A stretch of DNA of 64,000 bases from Candidatus Nitrosopelagicus sp. (GTDB lineage: Archaea > Thermoproteota > Nitrososphaeria > Nitrososphaerales > Nitrosopumilaceae), in the NCBI GenBank assembly GCA_028344575.1, contig JAOMBO010000005.1, forward strand, positions 780 through 64,779, given 5' to 3'. Below the pieces are notes generated by a model that was not told the DNA's origin, did not search any database, and saw only the letters and a list, made by a program, of their open reading frames with translations. Position 1 is the stretch's first letter. Every line of letters begins with the position of its first letter. A program made the position numbers and the translations under genes. Below are positions 19,620 to 29,376 of this stretch, one piece after another.

Positions 19620-20084
19620 TTATTTTAGAACGCTCATAATTTCACTGTAATCTGGTTCTTTCAATGGATCTTCTGAAACCCATTTCCAAATCACTTTATG
19701 TTCTTCATCCAAAATGAAAACTGAACGCTTTGCTGCATTGTAATCTTTAACGTGTAACAAATCTTTTAACAAAATATCATAATCTTTGATTGTTTGACTT
19801 GTATAATCTCCTAGTACTGGAAAATTATAATTGTTCTTTTCTGCAAATGCCTTATTTGCAAACGGTCCGTCATTACTAATTGCAATTACCTGTGCTCCTA
19901 GCGCTGAAATATCATTTAATGAATCTCTGAATTTACAAAGTTCAACTTCACATACTGGGGAACTTGCTGCAACGAAAAATGAGATAACGACTTTTTTGCC
20001 TTTAAACTCATCTAGGGATCTAAATTTTAGATCTCCATCAACTAATTCGAATTTTGGTGCTTGATCTCCAACATTGACTGCCAT
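19620..20084 (-). CDS. Peroxiredoxin (AhpC/TSA, Bcp/AhpE-like)
   Basis: VGDQAPKF, SPVCEVELC peroxidatic Cys region, AKRSVFILD. Confidence 0.88.
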   Translation of the reverse strand: MAVNVGDQAPKFELVDGDLKFRSLDEFKGKKVVISFFVAASSPVCEVELCKFRDSLNDISALGAQVIAISNDGPFANKAFAEKNNYNFPVLGDYTSQTIKDYDILLKDLLHVKDYNAAKRSVFILDEEHKVIWKWVSEDPLKEPDYSEIMSVLK

Positions 20085-20196
20085 AGGGATCCTCATTTAT
20101 TGTCGTATATCAATTTAGAGGACTTTGTAAAAACCAAATTTTGATCGAAAAAATTCTCTATAGCTTTATATTTTGACCGAAGGGAGTCGGTTTAAC

Positions 20197-20577
20197 TTGG
20201 TTGGCGAGAGTGTAGCATCATACAGTAATGTATTACTCATGTTTGGCTTTGCATGTGCCGCAATGGCACCTGCCCTTTTGGTATCTAGAATGATATCTCC
20301 TGAAAACAAGAAACAACCAAATCCTGTAAAGACACTTCCTATGGAATGTGGCCAAGTCCCATCTGGTGCTGGTCGAACTCATTTCATGATGCAATATTAT
20401 GCATATGTTCTAATGTTCGTTATTTTTGATGTTATGGCAATTTTCCTGTATGCTTGGGGTAGCTCTCTTTTAGACCTTCCACGAACTGCAACTTTACCAA
20501 TTATTGCCTTCTTAGGAATTATGTTTGCCGCAATGGCATACGCGTTATACCAATCAAAGAGGAAAGACATATGGTAA
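20197..20577 (+). CDS. nuoA: Complex I subunit A
   Basis: PMECG loop, YVLMFVIFDV; start uncertain (TTG 20197 chosen, downstream of TATA-like 20165-20170). Confidence 0.9.
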   Translation: MVGESVASYSNVLLMFGFACAAMAPALLVSRMISPENKKQPNPVKTLPMECGQVPSGAGRTHFMMQYYAYVLMFVIFDVMAIFLYAWGSSLLDLPRTATLPIIAFLGIMFAAMAYALYQSKRKDIW

Positions 20578-20617
20578 TTCTATATACTAGTTACAACTAT
20601 CAAGGTGAGGGACTAAG

Positions 20618-21133
20618 TTGCTAAAAGAACTCGTTACACCACAAAACGCAAATGTGTTTGTTGGAAAACTTGGCGACATTTTGTACAAAGCAGTTGATCA
20701 ACCATTAGGTATGGCAATCAACTGGGGAAGAATGTGGTCTTTATGGCCAGTACACATTGAAACAGCATGTTGTAGTGTTGAGTTTGGAGCAGCATCGAGT
20801 CCAAGATACGACGTAGAAAGATTCGGTATCATCGAAGCTTTTGGATCACTACGACAGTGTGATCTTGTCGTAGTACAAGGAACAATCACAAGAAAAATGG
20901 CACCAAGACTTAGATTAGTCTATGATCAAATGCCAGAACCAAAATATGTAATTGCCATGGGTGCATGTGCAATTACTGGCGGTCTGTACTTTGATTCATA
21001 CAATGTGTTGCCTGGCATCGACGGAATTCTTCCAGTTGATGTTTATGTTCCTGGTTGCCCTCCTAGACCTGAAACCTTGATTCAAGGATGCATGTTGTTG
21101 CAAGAGAAAATCAAAAGGATGAAGGCTAGATAG
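20618..21133 (+). CDS. nuoB: Complex I subunit B
   Basis: TACCSVE, MGACAITGG, VPGCPPRPE N2-cluster ligands. Confidence 0.95.
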   Translation: MLKELVTPQNANVFVGKLGDILYKAVDQPLGMAINWGRMWSLWPVHIETACCSVEFGAASSPRYDVERFGIIEAFGSLRQCDLVVVQGTITRKMAPRLRLVYDQMPEPKYVIAMGACAITGGLYFDSYNVLPGIDGILPVDVYVPGCPPRPETLIQGCMLLQEKIKRMKAR

Positions 21134-21143
21134 GTAAAAAATT

Positions 21144-21932
21144 ATGAGTAAGTCTGAAAAAAAAGTAACTTCAAAAGATGAAGATAAGAAAAAATCTGAC
21201 GAAAAAGCTATTGGTGATGCAATTATTGCAGCAGCAAATGCAAGACGAGAAGAACTTGCAAAAGAAGCTTTAGCAACACGTTCTAACAAAACTTTACCAA
21301 AAGTGGTTAAAGAAAAACCTAAAGAAGAAAAACCAAAGGAATCAAAACCTAAAGAAGAAAAACCAAAGGAATCAAAACCTAAAGAAGAAAAACCAAAAGC
21401 AGCACCTCCTTCAAAAACAGATACTGAAGAAGAATCTCTACCTGAATTTGAAAAATCTTTCGTTGATAAGATTTCAAGTCAATTTACTGGCGACGTAGAA
21501 GTTGGTTATATCAAAGAAAATAGAACTAGAGTAAATGTAAAAAAAGAGAAAATTCTCGAAGTTGCACAATTTATCAAAGATAACTTACCTTTTGATCATG
21601 CAGAATCTGTTACTGGAGTTGATTTTCCTGAAGATAAAGAAATTGGAGTTGTATACCACTTGGGTTCCTACACAGATCCTACCTATTCAAAACAAGTCTT
21701 AGCACTTGCAACCCGAGTCCCACGTGAGGAAAATCCTAATCCTGGAAATGATTCTACAAAATTACCAAGTCTGAGAGATATGTTTTACAGTGTTGAGTTT
21801 CATGAACGTGAAGTATTTGAAATGCTTGGAGTTTACTTTGAAAGCCATCCTGATAATCGACGTTTACTATTGCCTGAAGATTGGGCAGATCTACCTCCAC
21901 TAAGAAAGGACTTTAGGAATAAAGGAAGATAA
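21144..21932 (+). CDS. nuoC: Complex I subunit C with long charged N-terminal extension
   Basis: HEREVFEMLGVYFESHPDNRRLLLPEDW...PLRKDF signature. Confidence 0.92.
   Translation: MSKSEKKVTSKDEDKKKSDEKAIGDAIIAAANARREELAKEALATRSNKTLPKVVKEKPKEEKPKESKPKEEKPKESKPKEEKPKAAPPSKTDTEEESLPEFEKSFVDKISSQFTGDVEVGYIKENRTRVNVKKEKILEVAQFIKDNLPFDHAESVTGVDFPEDKEIGVVYHLGSYTDPTYSKQVLALATRVPREENPNPGNDSTKLPSLRDMFYSVEFHEREVFEMLGVYFESHPDNRRLLLPEDWADLPPLRKDFRNKGR
21314..21397 (+). repeat. Exact 30-bp coding tandem repeat in nuoC (KEEKPKESKP, ~2.8 copies)
   Basis: AAAGAAGAAAAACCAAAGGAATCAAAACCT at 21321-21350 and 21351-21380 plus partial copies. Confidence 0.92.
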
Positions 21933-21933
21933 A

Positions 21934-23085
21934 ATGGCCGAACAAGTAATTCCAACTAAAAAAATGCCTCCTGGTCTACAGGTAGAAAATGTAGACGATA
22001 GGATTATGACACTAAATGTCGGTCCACAACATCCTGGTTCTGGACACATGAGAATTATTGTAAAGATTGACGGTGATTACATTGTCGATGCAGATCCTGA
22101 TCCTGGTTACGTTCATCGTGGTGAAGAAAAAATGGCTGAATCTAGAAACTACATTACAAATATTCCTCATCTAGAGCGACCTGTGATTCACGATTCTTGT
22201 AATATTTTGTATCCTTACGTTTTAGGAGTTGAAGATTTAGTAGGAATTGAAGTTCCGGAACGTGCAAAATATGTTCGTGTAATTGCAGCAGAACTAAACA
22301 GATGTATCTATATTCAATACTGGCTTGCAATCTATGGAATATTTCTTGGACATTCTACAATGTTCATGTGGCCTGCAGGAGATAGGGAACTTTTAATTGA
22401 TTTAATGGAAAAAATTACTGGCGCTAGAGTAACACATGCATACTTTATCCCAGGCGGTGTTAGAAATGATGTTCCTGCAAACTTTGAAGATGTATGTCTA
22501 CGTCAAGTAAATTACTTTGAAAAACGTATCAAAGAATATGCTGATATCTTTTATGATAATCCAATTCTAAAAGCACGAACCGAAGATACCGGAGTATTAT
22601 CTAGAGAAGATGCAATTCGTTTAGGAACTACAGGTTCAGTTCTTCGTGCAAGTGGCGTTGATTATGATCTAAGAATCAAAGAACCATATGATGTCTATGA
22701 TGAACTTGATGTACATACCAATGTACTAAAATCTGGTGATTCATACGCACGTTCTAAAATCCCTTGGCTTGATATGTTAGAGAGTTGTAATATTATTAGA
22801 CAAGCATTAGAGAAAATGCCAAAATCAGGTTCTATTAGAACAAAACTCAAACCAAATCCAAAAGGTAGAGAAGATGAAGTTTATCGTAGAGTTGAAAGTG
22901 GAAGAGGTTCAGCAGGCTGTCACATCATTTCAAGAGGAAAACCTGAACCATATCGTCTTAAACTTAGTGTAAGTTCTTTCAGAAACTTGATTGCATTACC
23001 ATACTTACTAAAAGGAGAAAAACTTGGAAACATGCCAGCAGTTTATTGGAGTCTAAACTATTGGCCAGTGGAGGCTGACCGATAA
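21934..23085 (+). CDS. nuoD: Complex I subunit D
   Basis: LNVGPQHP, GYVHRGEEK, C-terminal EADR. Confidence 0.95.
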   Translation: MAEQVIPTKKMPPGLQVENVDDRIMTLNVGPQHPGSGHMRIIVKIDGDYIVDADPDPGYVHRGEEKMAESRNYITNIPHLERPVIHDSCNILYPYVLGVEDLVGIEVPERAKYVRVIAAELNRCIYIQYWLAIYGIFLGHSTMFMWPAGDRELLIDLMEKITGARVTHAYFIPGGVRNDVPANFEDVCLRQVNYFEKRIKEYADIFYDNPILKARTEDTGVLSREDAIRLGTTGSVLRASGVDYDLRIKEPYDVYDELDVHTNVLKSGDSYARSKIPWLDMLESCNIIRQALEKMPKSGSIRTKLKPNPKGREDEVYRRVESGRGSAGCHIISRGKPEPYRLKLSVSSFRNLIALPYLLKGEKLGNMPAVYWSLNYWPVEADR

Positions 23086-24462
23086 ATGTCTGTTATTGCA
23101 CCAAAATTCCGTCTTGGATATTTCCTAAAAGGAATTTTTGATAATGCATTTTGGATTCTAACAATTGTAACACTTGCAGGAATTCCAGCAATTCAAATTG
23201 TATTATTTTATCTAGAATTACCGGTAATTGACGGTGAACTTCTAACCGCTTTCTTGGCATTTACATGGTTGTTTAACCCGACGATGCAGGTTCCATTAAT
23301 CAAGGCGCTTATCTATTCTGATTTATTTAGAATTGTAGCCTTCCCTGGATTTGGTTTTGCTGCATTGATAGCTGCAGGAACAATTTTTGTTGAAAGAAAA
23401 ATGTTAGCGAAACTACAACTTCGTGTTGGTCCATTTTACTGTGGCAAAGTTGAAGGTATTTTACAACTAGCAGGTGATGGCTTGAAATTAATCTCAAAAG
23501 AAATTATCATTCCTGCAAAAGCTGATAAACCGTTATTCTGGGCAGCGCCGGTATTGTTTGTTGGTACTGCTGCTGCATTTGTCGCATTAATTCCTGTTGC
23601 ACCTGGCGGATGGGTTGTTGCAGACTTGGATGTAGGTTTACTTGCAGTATTTGCAGTAATTGGATTTTTCCCAATCATTACGATTTTATCAGCATGGTCT
23701 GCTAACAGTAAATTCCCATTCATTGGTGGAATTAGAGCACTTCATCAAATGGTATCGTTTGAAATTCCATTAATCTTATCTCTCTTGGGAGTTGTAATTT
23801 TAACTGGAACGCTTAATCTTAGTGAAATTGTAGAATCTCAAAGTAGCTTCCCTTGGATTATTTTCATGCCAATTGGCGCAATTGTTTTCTTTACTACAAT
23901 GTTAGCTGAACTAGAAAGAATTCCATTTGATCTTCCAGAAGCAGAAAGTGAGATTGTAGCAGGATGGTTGACTGAATTTTCTGGAATGATGTATGGATTA
24001 GTTCAATTAGGTTCTTATCTCAAACTTTATGCGTTTGCAGCATTATTTGTAATAATTTTCTTAGGTGGATGGACCGGTCCTGTATTCTGGCCTCCATTAG
24101 AGACTGAACTAATTACCGAAGGTATTCCAATTCCAAACTATGCTGGTGACCCAATTCTCACAGTTAACGCACCTGGTTTGCCACTACTTGATCAAGATCC
24201 AAATGAATGGGTCCTGCAGCAGCAGGGCGAACTACAGTATACGAGCGGGCAGCTATTAGTTAGCGGCGTTATTTGGTTTGTACTAAAAACAGTTGGAGTA
24301 ATTTTCTTTATACTATTACCAAGAGGTGTATTCCCAAGAATCAGGCTCGATATGTTGCTGCACATTGGTTGGTACAAACTAATTGGTTTATCCTTCGTTA
24401 ACATCTTTATTGCACTCGGATTGGTGTATGCTGGAGTAATAGGACCTGGAGGAATTTTGTAA
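23086..24462 (+). CDS. nuoH: Complex I subunit H (with N-terminal and loop extensions)
   Basis: ERKMLAKLQLRVGP, DGLKLISKE, RIPFDLPEAESE, PRIRLD. Confidence 0.94.
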   Translation: MSVIAPKFRLGYFLKGIFDNAFWILTIVTLAGIPAIQIVLFYLELPVIDGELLTAFLAFTWLFNPTMQVPLIKALIYSDLFRIVAFPGFGFAALIAAGTIFVERKMLAKLQLRVGPFYCGKVEGILQLAGDGLKLISKEIIIPAKADKPLFWAAPVLFVGTAAAFVALIPVAPGGWVVADLDVGLLAVFAVIGFFPIITILSAWSANSKFPFIGGIRALHQMVSFEIPLILSLLGVVILTGTLNLSEIVESQSSFPWIIFMPIGAIVFFTTMLAELERIPFDLPEAESEIVAGWLTEFSGMMYGLVQLGSYLKLYAFAALFVIIFLGGWTGPVFWPPLETELITEGIPIPNYAGDPILTVNAPGLPLLDQDPNEWVLQQQGELQYTSGQLLVSGVIWFVLKTVGVIFFILLPRGVFPRIRLDMLLHIGWYKLIGLSFVNIFIALGLVYAGVIGPGGIL

Positions 24463-24959
24463 TGGGAACTGCAACTGGAATCATCAAAGCATTAAACTCC
24501 GGAATTAAACATCTGGCAGTAAAACGTTTCACTTTAAGATATCCTGAACAAAAATTAAAATTTGTTGGAGATGGCTACCAATTTGATCCAGCATCTGGTG
24601 TTGCTATTGCAGGTCTAAAGGGTAGACACATGTTATTCCATGATCATTGTACTGGATGTCAACTATGTTCAATTGCATGTGAAGGTGTTGCAGAAGCAAT
24701 TGCAATGGTAAAAGTTCCTGACAAGTGGGGGCAAAACGCAAAATCAATTATGCCACAAATTGACTATGGAAAATGTGTCTTTTGTGGATTATGTGTTGAC
24801 GCATGTCCATTTTATGCATTATACATGTCAAATGACTATGAATTATCATCATTTACCAAAGAGGGCTTAATTTACACACCTGCACAATTACAGGTTAAAC
24901 CACAAGTTCAACAAGATTCAGAATTAATTATTGATAAACGGGGCGCCAGACATGGCTGA
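24462..24959 (+). CDS. nuoI: Complex I subunit I
   Basis: TLRYPE; CTGCQLCSIAC and CVFCGLCVDACP 4Fe-4S motifs. Confidence 0.94.
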   Translation: MGTATGIIKALNSGIKHLAVKRFTLRYPEQKLKFVGDGYQFDPASGVAIAGLKGRHMLFHDHCTGCQLCSIACEGVAEAIAMVKVPDKWGQNAKSIMPQIDYGKCVFCGLCVDACPFYALYMSNDYELSSFTKEGLIYTPAQLQVKPQVQQDSELIIDKRGARHG

Positions 24960-25458
24960 TGCTCTGTTCTTAGCTATCTCTGTATTAACAATCGGCTCTG
25001 CAATTGCAGCACTTGAAATGCGTTCACTTGTTTACGGTTCAATTGCATTAATGGGAACACTAGGTGGTGTTGCAGGATTTTACGTAATGCTAGATTCTCC
25101 ATTTGTTGCAATGTTCCAATTAGCAGTTTATGTCGGTTCTATTGCTGTTCTTATCTTATTCACTGTCATGCTTGTAAAAAGAGAACTCATATTCAAAAAA
25201 ATTGAAGACCCGAAAAGAAAATTTGCTGGAATTGGTTTAATGTTAATTGTAATTCTTGCATTAGGTGCAGTCATTATGGATTCTGGAATTAAAACAATCA
25301 GTACAGACTCTGATCCTGTTGACTTTAGAGAAATTGGTGGTGACTTTCTCACATATTACTGGCCTGCATTAATCTTGATGGCCCTAATTTTAGCAGGTTC
25401 TGTTATGGGTGCATTAGTTCTAGCAAGAAGGGAGGATACAATAGAAAATGAGCAATGA
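24952..25458 (+). CDS. nuoJ: Complex I subunit J
   Basis: QLAVYVGSIAVLILFTVML motif; ATG at 24952. Confidence 0.92.
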   Translation: MADALFLAISVLTIGSAIAALEMRSLVYGSIALMGTLGGVAGFYVMLDSPFVAMFQLAVYVGSIAVLILFTVMLVKRELIFKKIEDPKRKFAGIGLMLIVILALGAVIMDSGIKTISTDSDPVDFREIGGDFLTYYWPALILMALILAGSVMGALVLARREDTIENEQ

Positions 25459-25753
25459 GCTAATTGAATTTGTATTAGTATCCGTTGCTTTGTTAGGTAT
25501 TGGAATTTATGGTTTAGCGGTAAAAAGAAACGCAATCCGAATGTTATTTGCAGTTGAAATTATTGTCAACGCTGCAAACCTCAATCTTGTTGCATTTGCT
25601 AGATTTATGCCACACAGTGGTGGACAAACACTTGCATTATTCTCAATTGCAATTGCTGCAGCAGAAGTTGCAGTCGGACTTGCATTAATTATTGTAGCAT
25701 ATCGTATGTACAAAAACATCGATATTGCAGACTTCAGGAGCTTGAAAGGCTAA
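25448..25753 (+). CDS. nuoK: Complex I subunit K
   Basis: AVEIIVNAANLN and IAAAEVAVGLA motifs. Confidence 0.94.
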   Translation: MSNELIEFVLVSVALLGIGIYGLAVKRNAIRMLFAVEIIVNAANLNLVAFARFMPHSGGQTLALFSIAIAAAEVAVGLALIIVAYRMYKNIDIADFRSLKG

Positions 25754-27309
25754 TGGAATTTGTACTTTTACAGGCGGTATTTTTACCACTGTTACTGTCT
25801 CCGGTTGCATATCTAATCGGAAGAAATTATGGTCCTACATATGCAACATGGTTTACCTTTGGTTTACTTCTATACTGTTCTGTTATCCTGATTAATGCAG
25901 CATTAGGCGGAACATACGAAGAACATTATCCATGGACTACCATGTTCGGTGAATTTGGTTTCATGCTTGATGGACTTGCTACTCCATTTGCAATAATCAT
26001 TTACGTATTGTGTACCGTTCTTGCACTATACTCCAAACCATACATGGTTCACAAATTTGAAGAATTATTCAAAGAACATTATCATCAAAATGCTACCACT
26101 GATGGTCAGACAACTGCAGTAGTTGAATCTGTTGCACTACAGACCTATGTCAACCGTCAATCTGGTCTCTACTTTGCAATGTTCCTAGTCTTTGCAATGG
26201 GAATGCTTGGAACCGTTTTATCTACAAATCTCATTGAATTTTACATATTTTTCGAAGTTATGCTCATACCATCGTTTTTCCTAGTTGCTTTCTATGGAGA
26301 TGGAAATAGACGTAGAATTGCATTACAATTCTTATTCTGGACTCATGTTGGTGCAGTCGTTCTATTACTTGGTTTCCTAGCAATCGGTCTAAGTGTTGGA
26401 AGCTTTGATTTTGTAGATATCAATGAAGCAGCAATTGATCCTGATATCCTGGTGGTATCTGCTGTTGCTATAATCTTAGGATTGGGTGTAAAACTTGCAG
26501 CTTTTGTATTCCATGTTTGGCTGCCTTATGCTCACGGTGCAGCTCCGACACCAATCAGCGCTCTACTTTCTCCAGCTATGATTGGAATTGGCGCATATGG
26601 ATTATTCAGATTAATCGTAGAGTTCATGCCACAAACGTACGGCGACATTTCAATAATGCTGAACATTTGGGGTGTTGTAACAATGTTCTATGGTGGCGCT
26701 ATGGCGTTAATGCAAGATGATTTCAAACGAATGCTTGCATATTCTAGTATCAGTCAGATGGGTTACCTGCTATTTGCAATTGGTTCATTTTCTACTTATG
26801 GTTTAGCCGGTGCGGAAATGATGTATGTTTCACACGGTTTAGGTAAAGGGTTACTCTTCATGACCGCTGGTGTAATCATAGTTCAAGTTGGAACAAGAAG
26901 TTTCTCTAAACTTGGCGGTCTTGCAAGTAAAATGCCAATTACCGCAGTATGTGCTGTAATTGGTGCATTAACAATAATGGGTATTCCTCCAACAAGCGGA
27001 TTCATGGGAGAATGGATGGTCTTCTATGGTGCATTAGAAACTGCAATAGAAGAAGGAAATGATTTACGAAGTCTCATGTTTGCATTAGGTTTGATTGCTA
27101 CTGCACTTACAATGTCTTACATTCTTTGGATGCTAAAACGAGTCTTCTTTGGAAAATTACCTGAGAACTTACAAAATGTAAAAGACGGAAGCTGGTATAT
27201 GCTTGCACCAATGATGGTTTTAGCAGGCTTTACTATCGTCGTTGGAATTTATCCTGACATATTCCTAGGACACATCATGCCATACATGGAAGGAGTAATG
27301 GGGGGATAG
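25753..27309 (+). CDS. nuoM: Complex I subunit M
   Basis: FYIFFEVMLIP, FHVWLPYAHGAAP, LAYSSISQMG, SGFMGE antiporter motifs. Confidence 0.9.
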   Translation: MEFVLLQAVFLPLLLSPVAYLIGRNYGPTYATWFTFGLLLYCSVILINAALGGTYEEHYPWTTMFGEFGFMLDGLATPFAIIIYVLCTVLALYSKPYMVHKFEELFKEHYHQNATTDGQTTAVVESVALQTYVNRQSGLYFAMFLVFAMGMLGTVLSTNLIEFYIFFEVMLIPSFFLVAFYGDGNRRRIALQFLFWTHVGAVVLLLGFLAIGLSVGSFDFVDINEAAIDPDILVVSAVAIILGLGVKLAAFVFHVWLPYAHGAAPTPISALLSPAMIGIGAYGLFRLIVEFMPQTYGDISIMLNIWGVVTMFYGGAMALMQDDFKRMLAYSSISQMGYLLFAIGSFSTYGLAGAEMMYVSHGLGKGLLFMTAGVIIVQVGTRSFSKLGGLASKMPITAVCAVIGALTIMGIPPTSGFMGEWMVFYGALETAIEEGNDLRSLMFALGLIATALTMSYILWMLKRVFFGKLPENLQNVKDGSWYMLAPMMVLAGFTIVVGIYPDIFLGHIMPYMEGVMGG

Positions 27310-27312
27310 TAA

Positions 27313-29370
27313 ATGGCAGATTTCTTTGGAATCCCTGTAAGTGAACTTAACGTCTGGTTAATCTGGATACTTCCATTTGCAGCAGCCATGATAATTCCTG
27401 CAGTTGGTAAATTCTCAAAATTATCTACCGGTAGAGTTGCAGTTGCATTTGCATTAATGAGTGCAATTTCTGCAGCAACATTGTTCCCAATGGCATTGGA
27501 AGCACATGAGATTCATCACCAAGTTATGTGGATTGATGCAATCGGTCTCAAAGCAGGTGTTCTCGCTGATCCTCTATCAATCATAATGGCAAATGTAGTC
27601 GGATGGATTTCTTTCCTAATTATGGTTTACAGTACAGGTTACATGAAAGGCGACAAAGACATCACTCGATTCTGGTTCTGGATGATGTTCTTTATTGGTT
27701 CCATGCAACTGATCATACTTTCTGATAATCTACTACAAGTCTTCTTTGGTTGGGAGGGAGTGGGTCTTGCGTCATATGCTTTGATCAGCTTCTGGTATCG
27801 TGATAAGAAGAAAGATCACGTTGGACAAGAAGGTCGTTCTGCACTTGGTGTTATGGAATATTTCTCTCCAACACATGCTGGAATGAAGGCATTCATCATG
27901 ACCAAAGTTGGTGATGTAATGATGCTTTCAGGAATGTTACTTCTTTTCTTGTTTGCTGGAACTTTTGGATTTAAAGAATTAGTTTCTGATACTGCTTGGG
28001 CGGTAGAAATGTCTGCCCAGGGATTGTTAGTTCCTGCATTTGTTTTACTATTTGGTGGTGCAATGGGTAAATCTGCACAATTCCCACTTAACGAATGGCT
28101 CTTAGAAGCAATGACCGGCCCTACCGCTGTATCTGCATTAATCCATGCAGCAACAATGGTCAAGGCTGGTGTATTTTTAGTTGCAAGAATTGGACCAATT
28201 GTATTTGCATTAGCAGCTGCAGGAATTCTTGCAGACCAATTCTTTGAAATCATTGCATGGGTTGGTGCAATCACTGCATTATTACTTGCAACTCAGGGAA
28301 TGGTTAATCCTGAAATTAAGAAAGTCTTGGCATATTCTACTGGTTCACAAATTGGTTACATGATGTTAGCCCTTGGTGTTGCAGGTCTATCACAACACTA
28401 TGTTGATGGTTATACCGCAGGATTCTTCCACTTGATATCTCACGCAATGTTCAAAGCATCATTATTCATGGCGGCGGGTTCATTACTGCATGTAGTTGGT
28501 TCTCGATTCATGACAGATATGGGTGGACTGAAAAAACAAATGAAAAAGACGTATGCGTTCATGTGGGCTGCAGGTCTTGGACTAATGGGCGCTCCATTCA
28601 TCACAACAGGATTCTGGAGTAAGGATGCAATATTTGCAGCAGTTTATGAAGCTGACAGTTCTTGGGCATTACCGCTATTCCTTATCGCAGTTTTGACTGC
28701 AGTTATTACAGCATTTTACACCACAAGAATGATTGGAATGGTATTCTTTGGAAAGAACAGTAAACATATCGAAAAGATGGAAAGCGAAGGCAATCATATA
28801 CACGAAGCACCAAGATCAATGTGGATTCCATATGGAATTCTTGCAGTACTAACAATAGGAATTGGATTAATTGGATTATCTGCTGAAGAAGGAATTCATC
28901 ATCTATTTGGTGAATATCTAGAACATTCCTTTGGAATTTATGTATCACATGAAGCTGCAAGTACCGAATTCTTAGGCGGACTCAACCCTGTAGCACTAGG
29001 AGCATCACTAGTTGCATTTGCAACAGGCTTTGGATTAGGTTACATCTTCTATATTGGACGATGGGTGGATCCGGCCAAATTTGTAAACTCTAACATTTTC
29101 TTTTATTCAATGCATAAACTATTCTTGAACAGATGGTATCTCAATGCCTTTGTTTATTGGGGCTTTGTTGTTGCACCATTGTGGATGGCACGTGGAATCT
29201 GGAGATACTTTGAACGTACAGCAATTGATACTGGAATGAACATTGGATTCGAGAAAGCTGTTGGTTGGAGTGCTAGAGTTGTTCAAGGAACACAGACCGG
29301 TGTATCGCAATCTTATCTTTACATATTTGGAGCTGGACTACTTTTCGTAGTTCTGATATTGTTACTATAG
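27313..29370 (+). CDS. nuoL: Complex I subunit L
   Basis: GWEGVGLASY, GKSAQFPL..WL..AMTGPTAVSALIHAATMV, long C-terminal extension. Confidence 0.94.
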   Translation: MADFFGIPVSELNVWLIWILPFAAAMIIPAVGKFSKLSTGRVAVAFALMSAISAATLFPMALEAHEIHHQVMWIDAIGLKAGVLADPLSIIMANVVGWISFLIMVYSTGYMKGDKDITRFWFWMMFFIGSMQLIILSDNLLQVFFGWEGVGLASYALISFWYRDKKKDHVGQEGRSALGVMEYFSPTHAGMKAFIMTKVGDVMMLSGMLLLFLFAGTFGFKELVSDTAWAVEMSAQGLLVPAFVLLFGGAMGKSAQFPLNEWLLEAMTGPTAVSALIHAATMVKAGVFLVARIGPIVFALAAAGILADQFFEIIAWVGAITALLLATQGMVNPEIKKVLAYSTGSQIGYMMLALGVAGLSQHYVDGYTAGFFHLISHAMFKASLFMAAGSLLHVVGSRFMTDMGGLKKQMKKTYAFMWAAGLGLMGAPFITTGFWSKDAIFAAVYEADSSWALPLFLIAVLTAVITAFYTTRMIGMVFFGKNSKHIEKMESEGNHIHEAPRSMWIPYGILAVLTIGIGLIGLSAEEGIHHLFGEYLEHSFGIYVSHEAASTEFLGGLNPVALGASLVAFATGFGLGYIFYIGRWVDPAKFVNSNIFFYSMHKLFLNRWYLNAFVYWGFVVAPLWMARGIWRYFERTAIDTGMNIGFEKAVGWSARVVQGTQTGVSQSYLYIFGAGLLFVVLILLL

Positions 29371-29376
29371 GTGTTT

